64,000 bases of DNA from Haliotis rubra (Eukaryota), in contig NW_025765033.1 of NCBI RefSeq assembly GCF_003918875.1, forward strand, positions 1 through 64,000, read 5' to 3'. The notes under the pieces were generated by a model. That model was not told the DNA's origin. It ran no database searches and saw only the letters and a program-made list of their open reading frames with translations. A program made the translations under genes and the position numbers. This document shows, in pieces, positions 27,267 to 39,607 of the stretch. Position 1 is the stretch's first letter. Each line of letters starts with the position of its first letter.

Positions 27267-28688
27267 TGAGTGGTGTCAGCACACTGTTCTGTGCGCTGAA
27301 ACCCTGCTCACATCCAGCAGTGTGTACTGGGCACACTAGGGACAGCTGGGCCAACTTGAGGATGTTGGGGAACTCCTCCTTGTTGAACTCATTCACAAGT
27401 GACAACAGATTAACTGTGTTATCCCATGGATACATCTGAGCTAGGACCCTAGGTTTCAGCTGCTTCCACTCAATCCTGGTGGCTTCTGGCTCTATCACAG
27501 GCTGGCTTGTGGTCTCTTCCTCATTGCCTTGGTCAGTCCACTTGTGAGTCTGAGGATATCCAAAGTGACCAATGAGACACTCCAGTTGCTCACACCCCCA
27601 TTTCTCCAGCTCAGTCTCAGACAGGAAACTGATTGGTCTCATACCCAATATTCCAAATGCTGTCAAGATGTCAGTATCTGGAAACCTAGAAATCAGAGTA
27701 TGAAATTCAAACTACAGGTAATACTATATGAAGGAATGATCAACATATTCAAATGGTATAAATAATTATATCACACTCAGTTAATAAATTTCATGTTTAA
27801 GTTTCATCAAAAATCTAAACTTATCCAATTTCAAGGCCTTGAGTAACATACAAACCTTTGAGAAATGTTGGCAATCAAGTTGTCCAGGAACTTTTCCTTT
27901 GCTGACTGAACATCTCTCTTTGGACAACAAGCAACAGTGTTCTCCTTGTACTTCTTCTGGTCCATGTCCAGATGGTCATCCAGCAGGAGCTCGTGCACGC
28001 CTGGTTCCGTCTTCAGGGACTCCAGGGTCCTCAGACACTCATCAAGGTTCACCTTAAACAGTTTGGTGATCATTATCATTGATTACAATGTTCAAATCAT
28101 CTTTAAAAGTTCAAAAAGTTAACGAAATGATGTTACAATGTCAATTTCCATGAAAACAAGAATTGCATTAGAATGAGCTTTAATCTAAAATTCATTCACT
28201 CTTAAATTGTGTATGATGCCATGGTAATTTCAGGTGATATTGATAGCTTTACGAGCTCAGGATAGTATAGCTTTTGAAGTTGGTGTAAAGTATAAGATTA
28301 TCTATAATATTTATTTACCTTTACAAGAGCCACATCAACATTTTCTTTTTGGAAGAACAGGTTCAGTTTTCCAACAACTGGAATAATGTCCATGAGGCAG
28401 TAAGTCAAACTGATGAACTTTGCAGATGCAATCTGAAACAAAAATAAAACATTTAAATAAAAAATTACTAAAAACATTTTTGGTCAAAATTTAACTTAAA
28501 TGAAACATAATACATAATTACGTACCTGAAAATGATTCCAATGCAAAGTGCACTGTATGTTTAACCACTTGTAGAGAATCTTTGAATATTTTAAGAAAAT
28601 AAGCTTGATTTAATTTGTCACTTACTTAGTGTTATTGAGAACTCAATTGAATATTCAATACAAGTCCTTTGTCTCTCGAATGGTTTAT

Positions 28689-28854
28689 GGGGCGGTGGGG
28701 TAGCCTAATGGTTAAAGCGTTGGCTCGTCACGCCGAAGACCCGGGTTCGAATCCCCACATGGGCACAATGTGTGAAGCCCATTTCTGGTGTCCCCCGCCG
28801 TGATCTTGCTGGAATATTGCTAAAAGCGGCGTAAAACCAAATTCAGTCAGTCAG
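28689..28854 (+). mobile_element. SINE family A, in a hAT intron
   Basis: Same consensus; TSD tcgaatggtttat. Confidence 0.93.
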
Positions 28855-28912
28855 TCGAATGGTTTATCCATCAAATGCAAACAGAATCAAACTGCAGCTG
28901 TAAAAGTAAAGA

Positions 28913-29055
28913 AATCAAATCAAGTGAAATTGAATTTAATCAAATCCAAATAATCAAATCAAATCAAAATAATCAAATCAAATCAAATCACAATAATCAA
29001 ATCAAATCAAATCAAATCAAATCAAATCAAATCAAATCAAATTAAATCAAATCAA
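28913..29055. repeat. (AATCA)n microsatellite
   Basis: Visible pentamer run. Confidence 0.95.
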
Positions 29056-29528
29056 AAGAAACAGACACGAAAAGGATAATAAAATACAATGCTACTTATC
29101 ATTTTCAGACAAAAGTAAACTGACATGAATTATCTTCGATAAGTTTAAAAAATGGAGAATAAATTATAATTACCTTCTTTTTCAAACCAATGGCTTTGGC
29201 ATCACTAAGACTGACATTAGTGAGATAAGCCAATAATGTTTCTAGCGTTCTATACACTGTTTCAAGCGCATTATAAAAGCTGAGCCATCTAATGCTGTGA
29301 ACCTCCTTGTACCGGAGCTGAGGGGAATCAAGAATTTTCTGAACTTCTGATATCCGCGAGATCTTGTTTGGGGAGTATTTGAAGTAGTAATAAATGGAGG
29401 TGACCACTTCTTGATAATCCTTCAGGGCTGGAAGCTTCTCAGCTGCTTGGCTGGTACAGAGAGCAAGTCGGTGTGCTACACAGTGGATGTTGATCATATG
29501 TAGGTTGATCCTTTTCATCATGCCGTTG

Positions 29529-29694
29529 GAGGCGGTGGGGTAGTCTAGTGGTTAAAGCGTTGGCTCGTCGCGCCGAAGATCCAGGTTCGAATCCCCACAT
29601 GGGTACAATGTGTGAAGCCCATTTCTGGTGTCCCCCGCCATGATGTTGCTAGAATATTGCTAAAAGCGGCGTAAAACCAAACTCAGTCAGTCAG
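29529..29694 (+). mobile_element. SINE family A, inserted in a hAT exon
   Basis: TSD tcatcatgccgttg; it separates ORFs 29687-30604 and 29105-29521. Confidence 0.93.
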
Positions 29695-32140
29695 TCATCA
29701 TGCCGTTGACCCCTCTACCACAACCGGTCATGACCGCGGCACCCTCTGGGGCTAGCCCCATCACTTTTCCACTGTCTATTCCCCTCTTTTCCAATTCGAG
29801 CCAAATGGTGTAAGCAATAGCCCTGCCTGTTCCCTCTTGTAAGTGAATATTTGTCAAAAATCTTGTCGACGGCATCATTGTGATTGGATCCAATAATTGC
29901 ATGTAAATGCAGAGGCGTTTTTCGACACAGATATCTGTACTTTCATCTGCTAAAACAGATACAGCTGGGGACTTCTGAAGAGAGGTAGTTACTTGTTGGT
30001 CAATGGTGTCAGATATGGCTTCAAGAAACTCAGTTGCTACATATGATGATGTGTAATTAATTCCATCAGAAGCCATCAAATAGCCAATGTCTGGAACCTT
30101 TAATTCCTGCAAAAATTCAATGAGAGACTTGAATTTTAACAGAGGTATGCCTTCTTTAGTGAGCCAGTAAGCTGCTTTCAATCCAATGACAGCCCCTTTT
30201 TCCTGGTCACTGTGACATTTTTTCTTAGCTTCCTGGAACTGTGTTTGGAGTTGTGGGGCAATTAGAGACGCCTGGTGATCACTGGTTTTCATATGGTCAT
30301 TCAGAGAACTGGTCCTGTAATTTGTACATCCATCAGTGAATGTGTTTCGTCTCCCGGCACTCATACACGATGTGCATGACATGCCCCGCCCATCTTCGTA
30401 TGCAAGCCAAGGGTACAACTTTAACCATCGGTCTTGGAAGGCTCGTTTCTGGGGTTTTTCTACTTCCTCTCCGTTAATAGGCTCTGGTATGTCTGTTTCA
30501 TCAGGCTGATCAGATACAGATCTTGCGCCAAACGATAGAGTGGTTTGCCCTTTCAATTTCATTCGTTTTTTAGGTGGCATCGTTCTGCAATCAACGATCA
30601 GCAATGGAATGTTGGGGATTCCGCGAAGCTACGAAGCATTAATCTGATTGGCCAAGAAGAGCCAATCATGCCAGCAGTTACATACAATTGCGGGTGGGTC
30701 GGGAAACCCCATCTCTGATTGGCCAATGCTTAAAATAGCCAATCGCGCAATCCAATACATGTACATTTGGCAGCTTATTGTGATAAAAATGGATGCGTAA
30801 ACACGTACACGCTGCGGAAACATGATCAAGATTTCGTGGTTAGTTTTTGATGAATTTGTAAATGACAATGTTCGTAATTTATTAGGTCCATATGTGAAAA
30901 TAACATCGAAATTATCGATCGGCCCGAGTGTCCTAATTAATAAGAAAGTAGTCGGTCATTTGAAAATGTTATCGGACTATGACCGAAGGCCGATGACAAT
31001 CTGAAACCCTGTAAAGTACCTTGCGTATCACAAACCTGATGATTTTATTCCCATTTAAAGCTTTCAATAATTTTGCCGTCCATTCTCGGATGAAGTCAGG
31101 ACATATGCCCGGAAGTAAACAAATCTCAGGCTACAGACCCGCACCGAATAGTAGAGCGAGTCTCTGATTGGATAGCGTCTTCTATTATTCCCACCTCTTT
31201 TAACGTGCAACTATATTATCCAATCAGAGACTCGCTCTACTATTCGATTCGGGTCTGTAGCCTGAGATTTGTTTACTTCCGGGCATTTGTCCTGACTTCG
31301 TCCAAGAATGGACGGCAAAATTATTGAAAGCTTTAAATGGGAATAAAATCATCAGGTTTGTGATACTTTATCGGGTGCCAACTGAGTATAAATTGTGCAG
31401 TTTATTCAACGGTCAAAGCAATGGAAGCGTTTGTCAGAACGAAACCGAGCCGGGCCGCCATTTTGTTTCGATTTACTGACACACCTTTCTTATATCTTAT
31501 ATATATAGGTCATGCTTATAAATATATCGGGCGCCTATTCTGTACACAAAGTAATACATATGGCCAAATTTAAAGAAATGTAAAGAAAAACATCAACACA
31601 GGGAAATATTCATGAAATTGTCGTCTGTATTGTCATATCGTTATCGATTTACATTTGTAGATTTTATCCATCAGAAATGTAGAGGATATCGCAATGCATC
31701 AATGCCACTATTTTTAGCCTGGTGTTTTTCAAAACTGCTATATTTTATTTAACAATACTTCGATGTCATTGTGGAAAGGTAACCTTTTTCAAGGAGAAAT
31801 AGAATTGACAGAGGTAATTTGAGAATTGACTTTAAAATATTCCAGACACAGTGACTGACAGCCTTTGAAATTACTGGATATTTTAACTTTTTACTTGTCA
31901 AAGTCTGGTATATACCGGTAAACGGAAACACTGCAAACCGCTTTTGACCAAACCGTATACAGTTCTGACATAAACGGCAACAGTTTCACTTTTATACAAC
32001 TCACTTGCTGTATTAAATAATTAATAATAATACAGAGAAACATACATAGGTAGTGTAACTAGTAAGAAAATAAATAAAGTAAATTAATTAATAATGATAT
32101 AATGTTAATTAATATCTTTTAATTATATTTTCTTCTTTTA

Positions 32141-33065
32141 GAGAACGAAAAGCCATTGAAGAAGAAATTCGTACTTCACCAGTGTCCTCCATTTATCAAG
32201 TCTTTGGAGGACTTTGCTGAGCATGCACCTGTGGAAAGAGTGTATAGGATTCGTTTTGGTGATCAATGGAGAGGTCAAAATTTAAGAGATTTACATGACG
32301 ACTACATGGCATGGGGCACAATATCCGGCAAAGAGACATGTAAACTGAGAGGATTCACACTGAATTATACCAACTCGCAATTGATCAAAGATATGGTGCT
32401 TTATCGCAATAGAAATCAATCTATGGACATTACCAACCTTTCCAAAATTACCAGAGATAAATATTCAGCCAAAATACATAACAAAAGAACCCAAAACTTA
32501 TAGAATGGTATTCACAAAACATGTCATTCAGCATAACTTGGATACATTACTATATGGTTTTTGAGATGAGAGTCATCTGTGAACTTGTTGGGGCCATATT
32601 ATTTAGTCAGGGCCTGAACATCGTGTTCCAACAGGGATCACCAACAGAAGCAGAAATTGAACAGTTTTCCTCTGATGGACAACATGGACTCATCATACTG
32701 GATGATCTCTTGCATCAAGTGTTAAGCTCTAAAGACATGGAACTGTTGTTTACACATCGATGCCTTAGTGTTATATTTATGAGTCAGAATTTGTATGGTT
32801 AAGGCAAATCTGCCAGAACCATTGCATTGAACACTTGGTACCTGGTCTGATTCAAGAATGTGCACAATACCTCACAGATGATGACACTTGGAAGACCGTT
32901 ATTTCCTGGAGGTGCAGAAGTTCTCGTGGATATACACAGATGTTATGAGACGGCCATATGGATATCTGGTGTTGGACATGTCTCCACGTGCAGAAAATAA
33001 GCTGAGGCTCAGAACCAGAATTTTTTCCTGGAGAAGATCCCCTTGTGTATGTACCCAAAGTATAA
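32141..33065 (+). pseudogene. Maverick/Polinton relic: protein-primed PolB fragments followed by a packaging ATPase fragment
   Basis: GKETCKLRGFTLNYTNSQLI and KTYRMVFTKHV...TLLYGF* resemble the pPolB C-terminus. IILDDL, SVIFMSQNLY, ARTIALN, FKN, PYGYLVLD and RLRTRIF are A32-like ATPase motifs. Confidence 0.78.
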
Positions 33066-33396
33066 ACAACACTGACTGTTTGCTATGTTCATTCAGTGGG
33101 TAGGTATCCTGTGAGCAAGACTGTTGTGTATAAATAGTGGTGAACATTGAATGAAACGCCATTATGTCTAGACACTCGGAACGAATATTTATTACGCTTT
33201 TTTGCAGAGTACATCTGCTGTTCAAGAGTTGTTGCTGTTGCAAATTTTCTTTGGTAATAAAACAATATCTTATGCACAGAAAAAAGCAATTGCTGTCAAA
33301 GAGTGTGGCTGTCATTAGTTAAGTGTTGAAGGTTGCTGGACCTCTATTGAAGTCTTTGTAATGGAGCATATCCAAAAACATTCCTATGGATAATAA

Positions 33397-33640
33397 CATG
33401 TGAAGGTCCGGGTTAGAATGAACCTTCAGTAACCCATGCTTGTATATACGAGGCGACTAACGGGATCGGGTGGTCAGGCTCGCAGGCTTGGTTGACACCT
33501 GTCATCGGTTCCCAGTTGCGCAGGTCGATGCTCATGCTGTTGATCACTGGATTGTCTGGTCCAGACTCGATTATTTACAGACCGCAGCCATATAGCTGGA
33601 ATATTGCTGAGTGCGGCATAAACCTAAACTCACTCTCACT
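33397..33640 (+). mobile_element. SINE-like family B (no tRNA head)
   Basis: Shared consensus gtgaagatccgggttagaattg...aacccatgcttgtcgtaagaggcgactaacggg...gctggaatattgctgagtgcggcg, seen in about 8 copies. Confidence 0.88.
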
Positions 33641-34399
33641 TCTAGCGACGACTGGGATCCACGACCCTGTCGGTTTCAAGACAGGCTGTATCCACTACAC
33701 CATGGGTGGATCCAGGTTATGAAACTACAGTTCAACAGAAACAGAAGGAAATAAACCTTTTGAATATTGTGGAATAATGTATGTATTTATCTTATGAGTG
33801 AGTCATTTAGGAAAAGCACGCTCATGTCACTGAGCGGCTCATGTCATTCAAAAGACCCTGTGAACACATCGAAGTGTTATTGTTTATATATTATATCTCC
33901 CTTCAGTGCCACTGGGAGACTGCCCTTTATCTGATAGAACCTGGGGTCCAGAGACCTACACTTACACAGGCTCTTCCCAAATTATAGAACTTGATTGTTA
34001 ATCTTATTATATGCGTATTCAGTATTCATATATGGGTCATTTAAAAATTGGTAGGATTTTCTGTCCGTTCCGAATAAAAAAAAAATCTGTGAGTTTAAAA
34101 GGATTTTTTGGTTCAATAAAACATATTTAGATGTTTACTAGTCAGTAAATGTGGTATATCATTAGTCTTGTCATTTTAAAATTTATACTTAACCACATTT
34201 TGGGGTCAAAATTGACAGATTTGCTCCGTCCGGAGGTGACGGTCCTAATATCAATGTTCACAAATAATGTAAATATAAATGCAAATAGACAAATTAATTC
34301 ATATTATGCCAATTAGGATTGATCAAGCATACTCAGACTGCATTTAATTTTTTTTTAACTTAAAAAAGTTTTTTTCTACAAATTGTCACATGCTTGTCC

Positions 34400-35985
34400 T
34401 GTGATTCTGTGTCCTGACCATTACCAGTGTATGAAATTCCTGCAATAATATCTCCCTGGAGCTGGATTGTAATACTACTTCCTGTGTCTGTTTGAGCTAG
34501 CCCCCTGTGGATGTGACAGCAGATGAAATAAAGAGATTCAATACATTTTGAAGAAAACTGACACCGTCAAATAAGTATAAATGTTATGTGTCAACCTTAA
34601 TTGTCCAGACCGTTACCAGTGTATTTTGTGTCAAATATGTATCTCTTTTTTTTTAAATTTCAATGGATATGGTGCCCAGAAATGGAAGAGGTGGAAGGCA
34701 TGTCCTTTGAAATCTTTTAGGGATCATTCATTTTTTTATTTAAGATTTACTTACAAATTGTCTTAACAGTTACTGTCCAAACCGTTACCATTCTGCAAAG
34801 TAACGGTTTGGACAGTCCTTGTAATGGTCAGGACAAAATGATTTGCATTTCAAAACGTTATTCATTAATATTTGAAGTATAACAAATTTATAATTTCTTT
34901 AAGAGTTAAGATAGTTTAAGCATGGACTTGTACTGTTCAAAGGAGTTTTGATGTAGTAGCATAAAAAACACAGTCTCTAGTAACGGTTTGGACAAATAAT
35001 AGTAACGGTCGGGACATTTCTTTAATAAATTTCAATTTTGAAGCATATGTTCTATGGTATGATAATAAATTTCTATTTACTTGTCTATCTGCTTTTGATA
35101 ATAAAAACCAAAACGAATTTATCACGTTAAGTTCTATTTTCTATAAGATGTATAGCCTTTATGAATTAAAGGTAACGGTTAGGACAAAATGTAGTAACGT
35201 TAAACAACTTAATTGTATTCCAACCTTTAAAGATTATTTTGGTGTAGTCTGTTTTGACTTTGTGAGATATGTAAGACTACCATTTACTTAGAATATAGAT
35301 AAGTGCTAATATGTTGGCCTTTGTATTTGATAAATATGTGTTACCATCTCACTATCAACAAAACTAAAAGGTATCCAAGTGAATGAAAAAGTATATTTCA
35401 ATGGAGACTAATATTGCACCATAATATCAATAGCAAAATGATATCTATGCAGTGGCCTGTGTAGCATGACCATGTGTACAGTATCATAGTTGTTGCAGTA
35501 CCTTTCAGAATTTAATCTTTTGCAACATTTTAGAGGGATAACATTTGTTTGTTACACTGATGTCCTGACCGTTACCAATAATGTCACAACCGTTACTATT
35601 CATTCAATTTTCGTTCCCCAATTGCACTCTTCTTTAGATTATAAGTGATTTTCAGTCTAGACAGGTATGTTTTTCTATTCTTTAGAAGCTACAGTTTGTT
35701 TTTATTCAAAAGCTTAATTCATTCACAAGTTTTATATTGATATAACAAATGTCCAAACCGTTACCACAGCATGGAAGAAAACATGTCATGTTAGTTACGA
35801 GTTACAATTTCTATTACACATTTCACTGTCTGTCCAAAATAGGGTTAGCAGTTCAAGTAAATGATATCATATTTTTCCTTTCATGTTACCTGTTTCTATG
35901 TTGAATTAAATTGTTAAGGCTTATGTCCAGCCCATTACCATTCCTGTCCAAACCATTACCACTATAGTCCTAACTATTACTGGTG
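34400..35985. repeat. Cluster of a dispersed ~17-bp motif TGTCC(A/T)(A/G)ACCGTTACCA in both orientations; probable DNA-transposon remnant
   Basis: About 14 copies: forward ~34411, 34602, 34774, 35561, 35582, 35750, 35924, 35945, 35967; reverse ~34800, 34821, 34980, 35002, 35172. Confidence 0.7.
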
Positions 35986-36389
35986 TTAATTGACTGCTCT
36001 AATTAATTCAGGATAATACATGAAACACTCCTCTTTATGCTGGTGTCATTTTTTTTTTTGTCTACACTCGATAGGAATTTAGAGTGATCTCCCTTGGTTT
36101 ATTCGTTTTGCGGCTCTAGCTTTTGGCGATGATAATGCTTGGCTTGTGGCCTGGTTAAACATAGCGTGGAAATTAAGGGCCATTTTCTTGACAGATTTCT
36201 GTATGGACGTTTTGTGGATACCTTTCGTGGAAGCATTCCTAGCAGACGAGAATACATGTAAAACACAGAACTTTAGGCAGAGCGAAGTACATTCATTTCT
36301 TCAAATTCATATTGTTTGAACGACGAAAGAAGTAAATTATGAAAAACGAGGTGTATGAAAAAACAGATACATGATGTATGGGATGTATG

Positions 36390-36625
36390 TGTGTTTCTTT
36401 GTTGTTTAACGCCGCACTCAGCAATATTCCAGCAATATGGCGGCGGTCTGTAAATAATCAAGTCTGGACCAGACAATCCAGTGATCCACATCATGAGCAT
36501 CGATGTACGCAATCGGGATACGATGACATTTGTCAACCAAATCGGCGAGAACCTGACTATCTGTTCCTGTTAGTTGGCGCTTACGACAAGCATTGGATGC
36601 TGAAGACCAATTCTATCTTCACGGT
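36390..36625 (-). mobile_element. SINE family B
   Basis: Reverse complement of the family B consensus. Confidence 0.85.
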
Positions 36626-37289
36626 TATATATGATGTATGACCTAAAGCGAGGCGAACGAACGCTTTAACCACTGGGCTACCCCATTGCTCCTATAGCAC
36701 ACTACAACAATATATCATCACATCTAAAAGTACAAATTTAGTTAATATTTTTTGCGTACATCATCATGATCATATCACCATAAAGACACAATATTGCGTT
36801 TTCGAACTTTTATGAAAAACGGGCATTCTTGCCTCATTTCGTCATACTCAGATGCTTAAATAATCTTCGAATATACATGTAAACATCTCAAGGAGTGCTT
36901 CTCTATATGCGAAGTATACTTTCTTAAGACCTCTCTCCTTCCCAGAGCTCATCAGCGCATAGCAAAACCAGACAGATACATGGCAAATAGTGAGGTTTTA
37001 AGCTTTTTATCTTCCAAAATCTCTTTTGGAAAGCTAAACTATGAGAGCGATTAAAAGCTTTCCAGCTTTGAGTTTTTCAGAAGAAGAATTAAAAGGGTCT
37101 TGAGCTTTGTGTCTTTCACAACAAGATTTTGAAAGCTGACTCAAAATCAATGTTGAGCCTTCAATCTTTTGTTTATTAAGAAACTGACTAACAGAGGGCA
37201 ACTGTATTAGCCGAAACTTCTGATGGCAATCCCAATAGAAATAGGTCACAAATCATAGTCATGGTCATAAATATCAATAGTCATATTAA

Positions 37290-38620
37290 TCATTAGATTA
37301 GATTCGGCCTTCAAAAACATATGTTTGAAGGAGGCGATTAACGGGTAGTCTGGCTCGCTAACTTAGTGTGAGAAAGTGGTCGTATCCCAGTTAGGCAGAT
37401 TGATGTTATTATCCCCCGCAACGCGTTTTGCGGGGGGTATTAAAATGGACTCCGTCCGTGCGTGCGTGCGTGCGTGCGTGCGTCCGTCCGTCCGTCCGTG
37501 CACATTTGTCTTTTCCGGAGCAGAACTCTAAAACCGTTCAATATTTCTTCACCAAACTTGGCACATACATGGATCTGGTGGTGTACTGGTGCCTTTTGGT
37601 AGTTTTGGAATTCTGAATTAAATATTTTTGGCGTTTCCATGGCAACAAGTTCGACTTTGACTGAAATTGGTGGTAGTGCTCTTTTCCGGAGCAGAACTCT
37701 AAAACCGTTCAATATTTCTTCTCCAAACTTGGCACATAGATAGATCTGGTGGTGTACTGGTGCCTTTTGGTAGTTTTGGAATTCTGAATTAAATATTTTT
37801 GGCGTTTCCATGGCAACAAGTTCGACTTTGACTGAAATTGGTGGTAGTGCTCTTTTCCGGAGCAGAACTCTAAAACCGTTCAATATTTCTTCACCAAACT
37901 TGGCACATAGATAGATCTGGTGGTGTACTGGTGCCTTTTGGTAGTTTTGGAATTCTGAATAAAATATTTTTGGCGTTTCCATAGCAACAAGTTCGACTTT
38001 GACTGAAATTAGTGGTAGTGCTCTTTTCCGGAGCAGAACTCTAAAACCGTTCAATATTTCTTCACCAAACTTGGCACATAGATAGATCTGGTGGTGTACT
38101 GGTGCCTTTTGGTAGTTTTGGAATTCTGAATAAAATATTTTTGGCGTTTCCATGGCAACAAGTTTGACTTAGACTGAAATTGGTGGTAGTGCTCTTTTCC
38201 GGAGCAGAACTCTAAAACCGTTCAATATTTCTTCTCCAAACTTGGCACATAGATAGATCTGGTGGTGTACTGGTGCCTTTTGGTAGTTTTGGAATTCTGA
38301 ATAAAATATTTTTGGCGTTTCCATAGCAACAAGTTTGACTTAGCCTGAAATGGTGATAGTGCTCCTTTCTGGAGCAGAACTTTAAAAACCTTTCAATACT
38401 CTCCTTCCACTTTTCTATATACACACCTAAATATTTGACATAATCATAACTCGTAGACATAATCATGAAGAGTATTTTGCCATTGCGGGGGATATCGATG
38501 ACTTTGTCTTCTTGTTGATATCATGCATTGGATTGTCTGAACCAGTCTCGATTATTTACATACCCAAGCTATGTAGCTGGAAATTCCCTTCATGCGGCGG
38601 TAAACAACAAACAAACAAAT
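37290..38620 (+). mobile_element. Diverged SINE family B copy split by the Helentron-type element
   Basis: The 5' half ends ...cgtatcccagttaggcagattgatg; the 3' half resumes ...ttggattgtctgaaccagtctcgattatttaca. Confidence 0.7.
37406..38516. mobile_element. Helentron-associated (HINE/DINE-1-like) element carrying ~5.3 tandem copies of a 171-bp unit
   Basis: TT ends, a 5' hairpin cccccgcaacgcgttttgcggggg, a (CGTG/CGTC)n tract, subTIR pair atcccccgcaa/ttgcgggggat, and units at ~37510, 37681, 37852, 38023, 38194, 38365. Confidence 0.88.
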
Positions 38621-38814
38621 CATAATTGTCAAAATTGTAAACTGCTGGTCAAAAGTAAATTTAATATACACTTGAAAATTAGATTTAACAGCAACATTAC
38701 CAAACATTATCAAAACGTTACATTGCCGAAAACAGCCGTGGAAATACTGGGCTCCAAAACAACTAAATGTATACGTGTATCAATTACCATACCATTGAAT
38801 ACTGTTTATTGGTT

Positions 38815-39195
38815 GTTTTAAGTTTAGCCACATCGCCATTGAATAACCGTTTATCGTTTGTTTCAACTTTAGCCGCATCGCCATTGAATAATCGTTTATT
38901 GTTTGTTTCAACTTTAGCCGCATCACCATTGAATAACCGTTTATTGTTTGTTTCAAATTTAGCCGCATCGCCATTGAATAATCGTTTATTGTTTGTTTCA
39001 ACTTTAGCCGCATCGCCATTGAATAACTGTTTATCGTTTGTTTCAACTTTAGCCGCATCGCCATTGAATAACTGTTTATCGTTTGTTTCAACTTTAGCCG
39101 CATCACCATTGAATAACTGTTTATCGTTTGGTTCAACTTTAGCCGCACCACCATTGAATAACCTTTTATTGTTTGTTCCATCTTTAGCCGCCACC
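38815..39195. repeat. 45-bp minisatellite, ~8 copies
   Basis: Unit tttagccgcatcgccattgaataaccgtttattgtttgtttcaac. Confidence 0.95.
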
Positions 39196-39607
39196 AAGCA
39201 AGGGTGTATAATTTCTTTTGCCTGTCTGATTAATAGTCAAAATTATCACAATCACGATAGTCATAAATACATGTTACATTTTTACAGTGTGAGTGAGTGA
39301 GTTGGGTTTTACGCCACTTTTAGCAATATTCTAGCAGTATCATGGCGGGGGACACCAGAAATGGGCTTCACATGTTTTATATTTTTTGTCCATATGCCGT
39401 AATCATGTTCATGTCATTTTTTTTGGACTAAGTTACGATTAGGAGAATTATGTTTTTTAAATACGATATCAAGAATCGCTGAACCCGTTGGCGAGATGAT
39501 TCTTGTTTACGAGCCAACTGTCACAATTATGTTCCCGAACTTTCAACGACAGAAATAATGCCTTCTTTTTCCAACTTAAAGACATTCCTTCTTTCTCTAA
39601 CCTTCTT

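Larger units (their letters stand above)
26948..30580 (-). pseudogene. hAT transposase (ZNF862-like, TTF-type zinc finger), intron-containing, disrupted by SINEs
   Basis: FQDRWLKLYPWL..C..C...H...H; LADESTD; HCVAHRLAL; RWLS; PVHTAGCEQGFS..N.V.TPLKNRL dimerisation region. Confidence 0.92.
26505..31011 (-). mobile_element. hAT-superfamily DNA transposon
   Basis: Contains a hAT transposase. The right terminus reads CAGGGTTTCAG on the minus strand; no matching left TIR was found. Confidence 0.85.
26321..31537. mobile_element. Palindromic fold-back (MITE-like) element interrupted by the hAT transposon
   Basis: Outer arms 26325-26492 and 31379-31534, and inner arms 31025-31174 and 31217-31366, are reverse complements. 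Spacer ~40 bp. Confidence 0.85.

Noticed and set aside
37440-38153. 237-aa repetitive ORF
   Set aside because: A by-product of the 171-bp (57-codon) tandem unit inside a Helentron-type element.
38767-39300. Three overlapping repeat-protein ORFs (15-aa period)
   Set aside because: A 45-bp minisatellite open in several frames on both strands, with no other gene evidence.
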